From IMG/VR virus record IMGVR_UViG_2920343190_000001: a stretch of 64,000 nt of DNA, one strand, 5' to 3'. The position numbers were made by a program, and so were the translations under genes. Position 1 is the first letter of the stretch. Every line of letters starts with the position of its first letter. The notes under the pieces were generated by a model, which saw only the letters and a list, made by a program, of their open reading frames with translations, made no database searches and was not told the DNA's origin. This DNA is from a virus. Positions 20,251 through 30,696 of the stretch are shown one piece after another.

Positions 20251-20450
20251 TTATTTTTTGTTTATTTTTTCTATCCACCGATTATATAAATTTATATAAT
20301 CTTGAAGTTCATTCAATGTCATTTCTTCAAGTCTTGAATAATCTATTCTCATACTCATTCCCATCGGGTTATTTAGAACAATAGAGAGCTCTGTACAGAG
20401 CTCTCTAAATGTATTGCAGGCCTCTTCTAACGTAAGGCCTATTCTTCCCC
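20251..20450 (-). CDS. Tail chaperone -1 frameshift extension (gpE'-like)
   Basis: Open -1 frame from the G-run near 20447-20451 gives RIGLTLEEACN...LEEMTLNELQDY...KINKK*. Confidence 0.6.
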
Positions 20451-20831
20451 CAAGAAAGCTGCTACATGATTTTTAAGTCTTGTATAGTCTTGTACTGGAA
20501 GTTCTAAAAATTCGCTATAATTTATTCCAGTCATTAGTTCTGCCATCATTAAGTAAAAGAAATCATCCATCTCTGCCATGAATTTAGCTTTTTTCTTTCT
20601 CTCTCTTTCATACTTCGATTTAACTAGAAGAATCTGTTTTCCTGTTAGTTCAGTGTTAAATTCTATAAAGTAGCTTCCCTTAAATTCGTTTTTTAATTTT
20701 AAGCTTGAGTAATCTACTTCTTCATCTGTTCCTAAAGTGTCAACATCTATTTTTTTACTATTAGTATTAATAGCTCCTTTTACCCTCTCTGTTTCTTTTA
20801 GTATTTCTTCTGCTGTTAATTTTTCTTTCAT
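20439..20831 (-). CDS. Tail assembly chaperone (gpE-like)
   Basis: Position between tube and tape measure; ELTGKQI...F..L...DY motif. Confidence 0.75.
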   Translation of the reverse strand: MKEKLTAEEILKETERVKGAINTNSKKIDVDTLGTDEEVDYSSLKLKNEFKGSYFIEFNTELTGKQILLVKSKYERERKKKAKFMAEMDDFFYLMMAELMTGINYSEFLELPVQDYTRLKNHVAAFLGEE

Positions 20832-20835
20832 AATC

Positions 20836-21342
20836 TTATCCTCCTAAAGCTGCTTTAATTCCGTCATAAATATCTCTACCATCTATCACAAGTGTATTGT
20901 TAATTTGATCTATTTCGTGAATAACTTCATCATTTATTTCAAGCTTGTAGTAATCCAAATTTAGCTCCATTTCAGGTTCTAATTTCCCGGCCTTACTTAT
21001 TTCTCCCATTTTAAAACTTTTTACACTTCCTTTTACTGTTGCAACAATAGTAAGATAACTTAAATCATCTCCATCTACTTGCACCGCTGCTGCTAAAACT
21101 AAAGTAACTTTATTTTTTTTCAAAATTGATATAGCTTCTTTATCTACACCACGTATTTTTAAACTCATACTTAATGATTCAATACTATTTTTTAAAATCT
21201 CTTTTCTGGATCCTGTTCCTAAACCTGTTATTTCTTCTTCTTTATAACTTATTTCAGGCAAGTTATAACTCGCTAAACCTACTGTTTGGCTGCCGTTTAC
21301 TTTAACTAGTGCATCGGCTATTAAACTTGGAATTATTCCCAT
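20836..21342 (-). CDS. Major tail tube protein (P2 FII-like)
   Basis: LPEI..KEEEITGLG...YYKLEI.DEVIHEID.IN motif. Confidence 0.88.
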   Translation of the reverse strand: MGIIPSLIADALVKVNGSQTVGLASYNLPEISYKEEEITGLGTGSRKEILKNSIESLSMSLKIRGVDKEAISILKKNKVTLVLAAAVQVDGDDLSYLTIVATVKGSVKSFKMGEISKAGKLEPEMELNLDYYKLEINDEVIHEIDQINNTLVIDGRDIYDGIKAALGG

Positions 21343-21353
21343 TTTCTATCCTC

Positions 21354-22802
21354 CTAATTTTTGTACATTTCTACAGCAAATTCTGAAGTATTCTTTACAT
21401 TAAATAGCAAGTCTTCCCCAATAGGTACATCCCCAAAAGCAACTGCCCACACAAACTTTCCATTCGCTACATTCTGTTCTGGATTATCCTCTTGTCTAAA
21501 TGCAACTCTTGCTCCTGATATTTTTTCTTCTGATTTGAGTGCTGATAACCATTGGTTGATGTCATCTCTTATTGCTGACGCTTTCATCTTGGACATTGTT
21601 TTATCGACCTCATTTTGGTTATTAAGAGCTATCGTATTACAGATAAATTGAATCATTCTTTTAGCATGAATCCATATGTCTTTTTTTTCTGTTGTTCCCC
21701 CTGGCTGAAAAGCTGAAGTTCTGTTTCCCCAAAACATAAATCCTCCAGGAGTTTGAATTGCTGTAACTATCCCGTTTTCATTTAAGAGCTCTGCTTGTCT
21801 TTCATCTAATCCCATTTCTTCATATGAATCTGTATCCTCATTTTTGTAAACTACTTTTGATACTTTTGCTTGTTTATTTGATGGAGAGTCGCATGGAACT
21901 CCACCATTTTCTGCATTACCTCTTAGTAATTCACAAGCAACTAATGTTGAAAGATGTAATCTTTTATCTCCAAGAACTCCTTTTCCATAGCACAATATTT
22001 GTTCGGGATCTATTGCGTTATTATCTTTTTTCCACTTTATGGCATCACCATATTTTACATTTTCTGGAATATCGGTAATTATAATACTTTTCCACTTTCC
22101 ACCATTTACAGATTGAAATTTAGTATTCATGATAGTTCTAAGTTCATTATCGTGCGTGTATCCTGGAGCTATCCCCGCTCCTGGAATTACACTATACTTA
22201 GTAAAAATATCATCAACTAATTCCAAACCTTCTTTTTTAAGAGCTTTAATGTCTATTTGCCCTATTATATCTTCGGGAGTAACTAATTTCGGATTTAGTC
22301 TTTTTACACTTCCATCTATTAATGTTATTTCTAAATCCTCAAAATAAATTTCTAGATATCCATTAGAATCAAAAGAAGTTTGATAGTTTAATACATCTAT
22401 AGATTCTTCAGTTCCACCTTTTTTTAATATAAGTTCACTTGGAATTATTCCAACCTTTTCTATTTTAGCCATACCATTTTTTACTATAATTCCCGTTAAC
22501 ACTTCTACTTCACTGTGTTTTTTAGGATTTAATACATTTATACAAATCACTGGAGCTACTCCAAATAATTGAAATGCAGAATATAAAACTTCAGATATAT
22601 TAAAGCCTTCTACCTTATTTACTCCACCAAAGTATTTTGTAGCTTCAGACACATTTTGAATTAGAGTTGGTTGATTAACACAACTCATATCTCCCATATT
22701 GATTGGAGCAGCTCCAAATACCACTATTGGTGTTTTAGCAGATAAATAGACTTTTTCCCCACTTTCAATCTCATTAGTTCTCAATCCATGTCTAAATTCC
22801 AT
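21354..22802 (-). CDS. Contractile tail sheath protein
   Basis: HGL.T.E, GAAPIN, SPSNK, LNENGIVT, WGNRT motifs. Confidence 0.92.
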   Translation of the reverse strand: MEFRHGLRTNEIESGEKVYLSAKTPIVVFGAAPINMGDMSCVNQPTLIQNVSEATKYFGGVNKVEGFNISEVLYSAFQLFGVAPVICINVLNPKKHSEVEVLTGIIVKNGMAKIEKVGIIPSELILKKGGTEESIDVLNYQTSFDSNGYLEIYFEDLEITLIDGSVKRLNPKLVTPEDIIGQIDIKALKKEGLELVDDIFTKYSVIPGAGIAPGYTHDNELRTIMNTKFQSVNGGKWKSIIITDIPENVKYGDAIKWKKDNNAIDPEQILCYGKGVLGDKRLHLSTLVACELLRGNAENGGVPCDSPSNKQAKVSKVVYKNEDTDSYEEMGLDERQAELLNENGIVTAIQTPGGFMFWGNRTSAFQPGGTTEKKDIWIHAKRMIQFICNTIALNNQNEVDKTMSKMKASAIRDDINQWLSALKSEEKISGARVAFRQEDNPEQNVANGKFVWAVAFGDVPIGEDLLFNVKNTSEFAVEMYKN

Positions 22803-23019
22803 TTAGTACCTCCTGGAAGGTTTTTTCTATTTTTTTAGAATAAAAAGCTAAATTCGATTTGAACTTTGGAAATTCTTTTGTATTAATAAATAAATCTTTA
22901 GCTTTTGTATTTATTTTTTCAATTTCTTTCAAGTCAGAAAATGATATAACCATATTCTTCTTTAGAAAAATATTTTTTAGTTGTAGGTCCTCTCCTAAAT
23001 AAATATATTTTTCACTCAT
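22792..23019 (-). CDS. Hypothetical virion-module protein
   Basis: Coupled within the late operon. Confidence 0.6.
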   Translation of the reverse strand: MSEKYIYLGEDLQLKNIFLKKNMVISFSDLKEIEKINTKAKDLFINTKEFPKFKSNLAFYSKKIEKTFQEVLNGI

Positions 23020-23477
23020 TAAAAATCCATCTCCTCTAATATTTTTGATTTAACTGCAGGAATATCAGCTTCAAAAGTTATTGTATAACCCCAAAAGTCT
23101 TCTCCACATACTTCTGGATTAAAATCACCTACTATAGTTGCAGGATTGATTGCAAATTTCCCAGGAACAATACTATTTTTTTCTATTATTTCTATAACTT
23201 TTTCGACTATGTCAAAAAGATTTTCCTGCGCTTTGTCATCATTTTCTTCTTCTAATCCAATTATTATTTCAAAAATTCTTTTCTTAAATACCCCATCTTT
23301 CAATTCTTTCCGCGGTCTTATTAGTAAAAATGGATAATAACCACTTTCATTTTTTCCTTTTTCTTCTATTGCATTTTCTTTTGGTAAAAACATCCTAAAA
23401 TACTTCAATCTTAGAATGTCTAAATTTTCTTTTAAATGTTCTAAAATATTATTTTGAATGGTTATTGTTTTAGACAT
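23019..23477 (-). CDS. Probable tail terminator/completion protein
   Basis: Position; YPFLLIRP motif. Confidence 0.55.
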   Translation of the reverse strand: MSKTITIQNNILEHLKENLDILRLKYFRMFLPKENAIEEKGKNESGYYPFLLIRPRKELKDGVFKKRIFEIIIGLEEENDDKAQENLFDIVEKVIEIIEKNSIVPGKFAINPATIVGDFNPEVCGEDFWGYTITFEADIPAVKSKILEEMDF

Positions 23478-24024
23478 TCTCTAACTCCTTTTGAAATAAC
23501 TTTTCTAAAGTTTCATTAAAAACTTTATTTGCACCACTCATTACTTCTTCTGATACCTCTATAGTGGTTACCATCTGAAATAAAGATGGTGATTTTACTC
23601 TTGTTATATGTTTTCTGTTTGAGAGTCTCATATATAAACCTAATTTACTTGTATTTTCTTTGTGGAAAGCCCAGAACATAGTTTTCATTTCTGTTTCTCC
23701 ATTTTTCTTTTTAACTCTTGCTAAAAGTTTACTTTTACTCTTTCCTGGTGTCATCAAAGATACGTAAAAATCACTAATGTCCCTTCTTTTTACACTAGCT
23801 AACAATTGACTTTCCCCATTTTTTGTTACTATTTTTATCCCTGGATTAATCAAACCTTCATAAATATCATATTCTTCTTTCACTTCTTTATTTGTTGCTT
23901 TTTTTATATATGTTGTTGTTTTAGCTAAAGCTTTATTTAGTAACCTATTAATTATTCCTGATTTGTTATTAAAAAATATCTTTAACTGCTCGCTTAAATC
24001 TTTATCTATTTCAACATACATCAT
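23470..24024 (-). CDS. Minor tail protein (lambda gpZ-like)
   Basis: Basic protein, RLLNKAL, PSLFQMV; position. Confidence 0.6.
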   Translation of the reverse strand: MMYVEIDKDLSEQLKIFFNNKSGIINRLLNKALAKTTTYIKKATNKEVKEEYDIYEGLINPGIKIVTKNGESQLLASVKRRDISDFYVSLMTPGKSKSKLLARVKKKNGETEMKTMFWAFHKENTSKLGLYMRLSNRKHITRVKSPSLFQMVTTIEVSEEVMSGANKVFNETLEKLFQKELENV

Positions 24025-24374
24025 TTTTCTTTTCTCCTTAGAGTGAACTCTTTCATATAACCATTGTCTCTAATTTTACTTACAAGGTATTTAATATCGT
24101 TTACATATATTTCCGCTCCCTGTTTAAAGTTATATTCTTTAAAAGGCTCTGAATCTATTATAAGGATTGTTTCTTCTATTTTCTGTTCATTGATGGGAGC
24201 GACTCTTGGATGTTTCCAAGAGTCACTTATTGTTGATAATACCCCTACTAATTCCATCTCTTCCATCGGTGGGAACTGTACTTTTAAAATTTGAGCAAAT
24301 TCATCTTTATTTAAAAATACATTAACTACATCTTGCTTAAATTGATCCTTCAGTGTTTTCTTCATTTTCATCAA
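24021..24374 (-). CDS. Head-tail joining/closure protein
   Basis: FKQDV..VFLN.DEFA motif typical of lambda-portal phages. Confidence 0.6.
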   Translation of the reverse strand: MMKMKKTLKDQFKQDVVNVFLNKDEFAQILKVQFPPMEEMELVGVLSTISDSWKHPRVAPINEQKIEETILIIDSEPFKEYNFKQGAEIYVNDIKYLVSKIRDNGYMKEFTLRRKEK

Positions 24375-24735
24375 CTTTCGACTTACTTTGATCTAAATAG
24401 TTCTTTACTTCATGTTCTAACTCTAGACCTTTTTCATTAAATTTATCTACAGCTTCCTCTATGACTTCACCTTTTTTTGCTTTGGTTAAAATAATCCCAA
24501 ATCTATCTTTACTAAAATCTTTTAACTCCTTTACTGTTAAAGGAAATTCAATTTCTTTAACTTCATTTTGTTCTTCTGTTTTATCTTCAACTTTCGAGAG
24601 TGTTGTTATGATTTTCTCCATACAATCATCTCTAAAAAATCTTTCTTCTATTTCTAAAATCTCACTTGGTTTATATTCGTTATTATTATAATAAACCGTA
24701 CAATTAGTTACTCTAACTTTTATTGTTGTTTTCAT
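24337..24735 (-). CDS. Hypothetical head-associated protein
   Basis: Directly after the major capsid gene; Y..GE-like N-terminus and LTVKELK helical module. Confidence 0.5.
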   Translation of the reverse strand: MKTTIKVRVTNCTVYYNNNEYKPSEILEIEERFFRDDCMEKIITTLSKVEDKTEEQNEVKEIEFPLTVKELKDFSKDRFGIILTKAKKGEVIEEAVDKFNEKGLELEHEVKNYLDQSKSKVDENEENTEGSI

Positions 24736-24756
24736 CTTTCCCCTCTCTTTTAAATT

Positions 24757-25770
24757 TTATATAGCTTCAAAATATACCCACGACCCTGGAGTTTCTGGTC
24801 TTATAAATGGTGATGATAATAACTCAACTTTATCAATATCATCTTTTTCTACTTTTCTAATTAGTTCATCAACTACAAAAGTTTGTGCATCTTGTCCTTG
24901 TTTTAGTCTTGCTGTTATCAAGGCGTAATCACACACGAATGATTTTTTCTTTATGTAGATTCCTCCATTACTAGGAATCAGTTCTGTTGTTATACCTTTT
25001 AAATCATCTACAAAATCTGTAAATGTATATACTGTTGTATTTATTTCTGGAATATATCCTAAATATGCCACTCCCTCTTGAACTTCCCTTGGAGCCATAG
25101 AAATCATTACTCCCTGATTTAATTTTAACAACTCTCTTATTTCAGGGTTCTCTTGGAATGCTGCTCCAACTTCAGCTGAAAGAATTAAAGTATCAGGAAC
25201 AACCCCCATTTCTTTTTGAATTTTTTTTCTTTGTTCTTTTAAAAAATTAATTGGAGATGATTTAAGATCTGTCCATAAAGAATGTCCTGATAAAATTACT
25301 TTTTTAAACTCTCCAAAGTCTATCGCCTCATCTCCTTCATTAGCTGGTAATACCCCAGTTGTCAATAATTGTGACAATAGATACTGTTTTGTTCTAATTG
25401 CTATAGTTTTTAATTCCTCAACATCTTCCATCATAATTTTTACAAGATTTCTCATTGGATCTCCATAAATTGTCTCCCCATATTGTTGCTGAGTTAATAA
25501 ATCTATATCTATCATTTTGTAAGGTTTTAACATTTTGGGTGCATAAGTTCTTTTTTGAAAAGCTTCCCTTTTTATAAAAGTTCCATTCTCTCTTCTTCCA
25601 ACGAGTGGAACTATAGTTCTATTTCCAACTTTGCTATGAATTTCTAATTCAACTGCCCTATGTGCTTTTTCTTTAGAAATTAACATGTTCCAAAGAAATA
25701 AAACTGGTAATTTAACTTTTTCCTTCGCTTTCATTAATGATGTTGTGCTATATATTGTTCCTTTTGGCAT
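24757..25770 (-). CDS. Major capsid protein E (lambda family)
   Basis: Size and position; VPLVGRR.NG, RTKQYL..Q.L.TG motifs. Confidence 0.88.
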   Translation of the reverse strand: MPKGTIYSTTSLMKAKEKVKLPVLFLWNMLISKEKAHRAVELEIHSKVGNRTIVPLVGRRENGTFIKREAFQKRTYAPKMLKPYKMIDIDLLTQQQYGETIYGDPMRNLVKIMMEDVEELKTIAIRTKQYLLSQLLTTGVLPANEGDEAIDFGEFKKVILSGHSLWTDLKSSPINFLKEQRKKIQKEMGVVPDTLILSAEVGAAFQENPEIRELLKLNQGVMISMAPREVQEGVAYLGYIPEINTTVYTFTDFVDDLKGITTELIPSNGGIYIKKKSFVCDYALITARLKQGQDAQTFVVDELIRKVEKDDIDKVELLSSPFIRPETPGSWVYFEAI

Positions 25771-25783
25771 ATTTATTCTCTCC

Positions 25784-26113
25784 TTATCTTACGAATATTG
25801 TTTTTTCTCTTAATTTTTCTTTAAAATCTGCTAATGATTTGCCTTCTGGATATACTAAATCTCCATTGTTAAAACATCCTGTTAAATATACAACAGCTTT
25901 AATCTCAGCTGTTTCATTTGAATAATCTTCACTTAAAATACTATGAGGTGATCCATCCCCCGATAATTTCTCCAACTTGCCCGTTACTTCTTCTAACTGT
26001 AAAATAGTTCCTTGTTCATAATCTCCCTGCTTTAAAATATAACTTTCTTTAATAAAAGGAAAACTTGTATCTATTTTTAAATTTCTTCCACCTATCTTTT
26101 CGACTTTTCCCAT
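25784..26113 (-). CDS. Head decoration protein D-like
   Basis: AVVYLTGCFN...L motif; between protease and capsid. Confidence 0.75.
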   Translation of the reverse strand: MGKVEKIGGRNLKIDTSFPFIKESYILKQGDYEQGTILQLEEVTGKLEKLSGDGSPHSILSEDYSNETAEIKAVVYLTGCFNNGDLVYPEGKSLADFKEKLREKTIFVR

Positions 26114-27144
26114 TATTTCATTCCTCCAATCTCATCTATATAATTTAAAACTGTTTCTTGACTTTGAGCACTTGTCTTCACAACTTCTGTTCCTTCAATT
26201 CCATTCAGATCTTTAGCATCGTTTACTCTTGTTGCAAAAGGATCTAACTTTTCATCTTCAGCTTTCGGAGTTTCAGTAGAAATAATTCCTCCATTCTGTA
26301 TTAAGCTAAAAGCTAGCTTTTCAGCTGTATCAAAAGTTTCGTACTTAGCTTTATTTAATAATTCTTGACCTGCTTTGTTAATTTTGTCTTTGAATCCATC
26401 TAAAGCTTTAATTCTTTCTCTTTCACAATTTCTTCCTGATTCCAAAATCTGGTTATACAACTCAGGGTGATTATCCTGCAATTCTTTCAAAGTCATATTT
26501 TTCTCCTCCGACATTTCTGTTTTATTCTCTATAACAATTGGATTTTTAAATTTATTTTCATATTTAGAATATGTCAAATCCCAATCTTCCATATAATTTT
26601 TAAATGTTGTTGCATGTGTAATCTCTGTTATAAAACCAGCCGCTAAAGCTCTATCAGCTTTATAGTAAGTTGCTTTATCCATTGCTACTATTAATTCTTC
26701 TTTTGTTATTTTGCATTTTGTCATATAAGCATTTAAAATAGAATCTCTAATCCCATCTAATACCTCTGCATCATGCCTTAATTCATTAGCTTCTCCCATT
26801 GCGACTGTCCATGGATTATGAATCATAAATTGAGATGCATTATTCATATATATCTCATCTCCAGCCATTGCAATCACTGTCGCTATCGAAGCACACATTC
26901 CATCAATATATACTTTTACTTTTGCTTTATGGTCCTTTAAATAACTATATAATCCTATTCCTGCAAATACTGATCCTCCAGGTGAATCTATCCTCAAAGT
27001 TATTTCTTCAACGTCATCATACTCTGACAATTCTTCTCTTATTTTATTTGTATCTACTTTGCTCCACCAAGAATTTCCTATTTCTCCCAGAATGAGGATC
27101 TCCGCTTTATTCCCCTTTTTTTTGACCGCTCGCCACCAGGACAT
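26113..27144 (-). CDS. ClpP-like head maturation protease with scaffold-like C-terminus
   Basis: IDSPGGSVF, IDG.CASIATVIAMAGD, MIHNPW, A..AL.AGF. Confidence 0.92.
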   Translation of the reverse strand: MSWWRAVKKKGNKAEILILGEIGNSWWSKVDTNKIREELSEYDDVEEITLRIDSPGGSVFAGIGLYSYLKDHKAKVKVYIDGMCASIATVIAMAGDEIYMNNASQFMIHNPWTVAMGEANELRHDAEVLDGIRDSILNAYMTKCKITKEELIVAMDKATYYKADRALAAGFITEITHATTFKNYMEDWDLTYSKYENKFKNPIVIENKTEMSEEKNMTLKELQDNHPELYNQILESGRNCERERIKALDGFKDKINKAGQELLNKAKYETFDTAEKLAFSLIQNGGIISTETPKAEDEKLDPFATRVNDAKDLNGIEGTEVVKTSAQSQETVLNYIDEIGGMK

Positions 27145-28603
27145 TTCCTTCTCCTCCTCTAAACTCTTTTTTCAATTTTTCTAGTTCTCCTTCCAGTTTT
27201 ATTTCTCTTTTTCTCTGCTTATATGTTTTTTCATAATCAGTTCCTGTTAGTATTTTGCTTTCCCTTGCTAATGTAGATAATCCACTTCTTACTTTTTCCA
27301 CACTTGCTTTTACTTCTTTTAATGGATCTATTTGACCCGCACTATTTCCAAACCACTCACTACTCTGATATGCTCTTCTCATTAGTAAATTTTCTCTATA
27401 TCCTGGAAGTTCTATTATTTTTTTATCTACTATGTAATCAAGAAATTCAGCATAAATAGGCTTACAGAATTCTGTTATATGCCACTCTCTATGAAGCATA
27501 TAGGTCCTCCAAGCTTCATTTAATGAGGCTCTAGAAGCTGAATAACTAGAATTAAAAGAACTCATTAAAACCTCATAAGGAATTTCTATACAGGCTCCTA
27601 TATTTTTGGCTACTGAAGAAATAAAAACTTCTAAAGAAGCACACTGTCTATTTGGATTTGCAAACTCTAACTTCTGACCGGGTGGCAAGGCCCATATGTT
27701 CCCTGCTCCTAGTTTTATCTCTTTTCCATCTTCTTTAACAATCTTTTCTAAGCTTGATTTTGTTGCCATATGTTGGCTTCCACCTTCGCTAGTTATAAAT
27801 CCTGTAAATATTGTTGAAACTGCTATATTTTTTAGTTCAGCCCTTCTTACTTTAGTTATTTGATGCAATTCTTCAAAAACTGGAGCTAGAATCGGGACTC
27901 CTCTTTTTTGACCTGGGCGCTCTTTTTCCATAAGCATTAATATGTTTCTTCTTCCTGTTTCACTTCCAAATTTAGAAATTCTTACAAAATCAAATGAACT
28001 ATAGCTTTTTTTAAAGTGATAAGCTACCGGTACTCCTTGCTCGTCACTCTCTATCCCGTTGACTATCTTTTTAAGGGTCCCTGTCGGGGATGAACATAAA
28101 GCTGAATCTAATATCCTTATCTTTAGATCAAATACTTCTCCAGGTCCTCTTCTAAAAGGTAATGCTACAAAACACTCTCCATCTCTCAGTTTTGTTAACA
28201 TTGAAAGAGATTGAAGTTGATAAAAATTACATTGCCCTTCAAAATCACATTCAGTAGTTTCGGCCCAATATTCCCACAAAGACTCCAACTTATCTTCTAA
28301 TTTTTCAGCTTCTTCTTCTGAGATTCCAAGAATATCAGCATCTATTGTTGATTTTAATTTCAATCCTGTTCCAACAACATTTGTCCTAAACTTTTTAAGA
28401 GCTGAGATAGCTAAAGCATTTCCCATAGCTAGTTGTCTTGACCTTCCCATGAGTACATCTTTATTATCTTCGATATCCTCTTCTGTAGAATTTAAGGTAT
28501 GTATTAAATCAGATAATGCAGTACTTACAAGACTGGCTCCTGATTCTGCATAATTTACAGGATCCATTTTATTAGTCCTATTTCTTTTTTTATTTCTTCT
28601 CAT
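27107..28603 (-). CDS. Portal protein, lambda family
   Basis: R.RQL..GNALA...VVGTGL, ERPGQ.RGVP, YSASRASL, IDPLKEV. Confidence 0.95.
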   Translation of the reverse strand: MRRNKKRNRTNKMDPVNYAESGASLVSTALSDLIHTLNSTEEDIEDNKDVLMGRSRQLAMGNALAISALKKFRTNVVGTGLKLKSTIDADILGISEEEAEKLEDKLESLWEYWAETTECDFEGQCNFYQLQSLSMLTKLRDGECFVALPFRRGPGEVFDLKIRILDSALCSSPTGTLKKIVNGIESDEQGVPVAYHFKKSYSSFDFVRISKFGSETGRRNILMLMEKERPGQKRGVPILAPVFEELHQITKVRRAELKNIAVSTIFTGFITSEGGSQHMATKSSLEKIVKEDGKEIKLGAGNIWALPPGQKLEFANPNRQCASLEVFISSVAKNIGACIEIPYEVLMSSFNSSYSASRASLNEAWRTYMLHREWHITEFCKPIYAEFLDYIVDKKIIELPGYRENLLMRRAYQSSEWFGNSAGQIDPLKEVKASVEKVRSGLSTLARESKILTGTDYEKTYKQRKREIKLEGELEKLKKEFRGGEGNVLVASGQKKGE

Positions 28604-28612
28604 TTTAGCTCC

Positions 28613-28846
28613 TTACCTTAAGCCGATTGGATAAATTCCTATCCCACATAATTCTTTGTCTGATAACTCAATACATTTCTCTTCCCAGTATTTTAATCCC
28701 GCTCTAATTTTATTTAAATCTGCTCTTGTTAATTTTTCTCCAGTTGAAAGTTCATATTCCTGTCCCAGGAGCACAGATTCTTCTGCGGCCAAATACCCTC
28801 TGTATCTAACTCTTGCTTCTTCTAACGTTAAACCAGTTGCACTCAT
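28613..28846 (-). CDS. Head-to-tail joining protein (lambda gpW-like)
   Basis: LAAEE.VL.GQEY...LTRADL..I motif. Confidence 0.8.
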   Translation of the reverse strand: MSATGLTLEEARVRYRGYLAAEESVLLGQEYELSTGEKLTRADLNKIRAGLKYWEEKCIELSDKELCGIGIYPIGLR

Positions 28847-30696
28847 ATGTCTATTTCCCCTTTGTATATTTCAACTTCTTGTTCTTTTGATAGTATTGGA
28901 TTTAAGTTTATTGATACAATTTTCAATCTTCTATTTATTTCATCTATGTCTATTCCAACCGATAATAGAGCTCCTAGTATATAAGCCCTTATATCCAAAG
29001 ATTCGTTTCTTGGTCTTATTTTTTCCCAAACAACATTTCCATTTTTATTTATTTTTTTTATTTCTGCAGTCAAAGATTTAAAATACTCTATATCATACCC
29101 ATGTTTTGGATTAAGACTAAAATGACAATAACCTTCGCCAGGATTGTTTAACAATAATCTTGCATATACTGTACTTTTTAAATTATTTACTCCTAAAGAT
29201 ATTAAATTGACTCTTCCACAGTTAGTAATTTTACTTCCGTTAAATCCTGGTCTACTTCCACCTATTCCTTTTATTCCATAAACTGCATCTCCTTGTCTTG
29301 GAAATATGAAGTTATAAGCCTCATCTGTATAATGACCTCCGGTGTCTATTACCGTTACTTCCACACTCAAAGTTCTTCCTGTTTTACTATTTACAAATTT
29401 TTTATTTATATAATCATCTAACTTTTCCCATGTTGAAGTTTCACTCACATTCCCTACCACTCTATGTGTTCCTAGTCCCCAACTTTCCATTTTTTCACCA
29501 TAACCTACATATTCAAGTTGGAACCAAGTATCTTGAGTATCTATTGCTAATACTATAACTGCTACCTCATCTGGTAATTCATCATATTCTTCCCTTCTAT
29601 TAAACAACCCTTCATAGCCTACAGTCTGTTTTACTTCCTCATCCCACGTTTCAGCTAATACGGTATTATAAAAAGCTTTTAATTCTTGTAAATCATTTCT
29701 TTTCTTTAGGTATTCCTCTACAATATTTCTCCATGACATCCAAGGGCTTGCTAAGGACGATAACTTATATCCATACGTTTTTATATCTGAATCTTTATGT
29801 ATCCATTTTCCTTCTGATTGTTCATTAGCTTTCCATTCATCTTCTTTGTTTTCTATTTCACATATTGGACAAATCATTGTTGGTTCCCCTTTTCCATCTT
29901 CTGAGAACCTCATTCTTTCCCATGAAAAAGTTACGTATTCTCCGCATTCTGGACAAGGAATATACCATTCTCCTTGTGTTGATTCCAGATAGTGTTTTTC
30001 TATAGCTGAATGATTTTTTATGGTTGGGGTTCCTGATAAAAATAACCTTGCATCTTCTTTAAATGTGGTTAATCTTTTTTGTATTAATGTTATCGGATCT
30101 CCTTCTTTAGTACTTAGAAATCTATCAATTTCATCACACAAAGCTATACAAATAGGTTTACTTGCTAATTTATGAGCTGCTCCAGTTCCTCTAAATGATA
30201 AAAATCCTCCCGGGAAAGGTTTATATTTAATTGTAGTGCCAGATACTTCTCCCATGATTTCTTTTAAAACTGGTGTATCTCTTAACATAGGAGCTACTCT
30301 TTCTTTTGAATATTCTTCTGCAGCTGTCTCTGTTGGAAATACTATCAAAGTTGGACATTGGTACATATGTATTATCCAACCTATTATATTATTCATTGTT
30401 TCAGATTTACCAAGTTGTGAGGCTAACATCAAAACTACTCCTTTAACCTCTTCTTGTGAAAATTTTTCTAAAACTTCCTTCATGTATGGAGTTCTTTTTA
30501 TCCCAAATTTTCCAGGTTCAGCAGATCCTTCGTTAGATAAATATCTAAATTCTTCCCCCCAATTCAAAGGATTCATCCTTGATATTCCAATTAAACCTTT
30601 AAGAAAGTTCGATAAAATAATATCTTTACTTTTTGTTAAATTTTTTAAAGAGTTTTTATTGAGTGTTTGCTTCTTCTTCTTTTTTATATATTTCAA
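28843..30696 (-). CDS. Terminase large subunit, GpA family
   Basis: TPYMKE, ASQLGKSE Walker A, CDEIDRF, SGTPT, CPECG, IDTGGH. Confidence 0.95.
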   Translation of the reverse strand: MKYIKKKKKQTLNKNSLKNLTKSKDIILSNFLKGLIGISRMNPLNWGEEFRYLSNEGSAEPGKFGIKRTPYMKEVLEKFSQEEVKGVVLMLASQLGKSETMNNIIGWIIHMYQCPTLIVFPTETAAEEYSKERVAPMLRDTPVLKEIMGEVSGTTIKYKPFPGGFLSFRGTGAAHKLASKPICIALCDEIDRFLSTKEGDPITLIQKRLTTFKEDARLFLSGTPTIKNHSAIEKHYLESTQGEWYIPCPECGEYVTFSWERMRFSEDGKGEPTMICPICEIENKEDEWKANEQSEGKWIHKDSDIKTYGYKLSSLASPWMSWRNIVEEYLKKRNDLQELKAFYNTVLAETWDEEVKQTVGYEGLFNRREEYDELPDEVAVIVLAIDTQDTWFQLEYVGYGEKMESWGLGTHRVVGNVSETSTWEKLDDYINKKFVNSKTGRTLSVEVTVIDTGGHYTDEAYNFIFPRQGDAVYGIKGIGGSRPGFNGSKITNCGRVNLISLGVNNLKSTVYARLLLNNPGEGYCHFSLNPKHGYDIEYFKSLTAEIKKINKNGNVVWEKIRPRNESLDIRAYILGALLSVGIDIDEINRRLKIVSINLNPILSKEQEVEIYKGEIDI

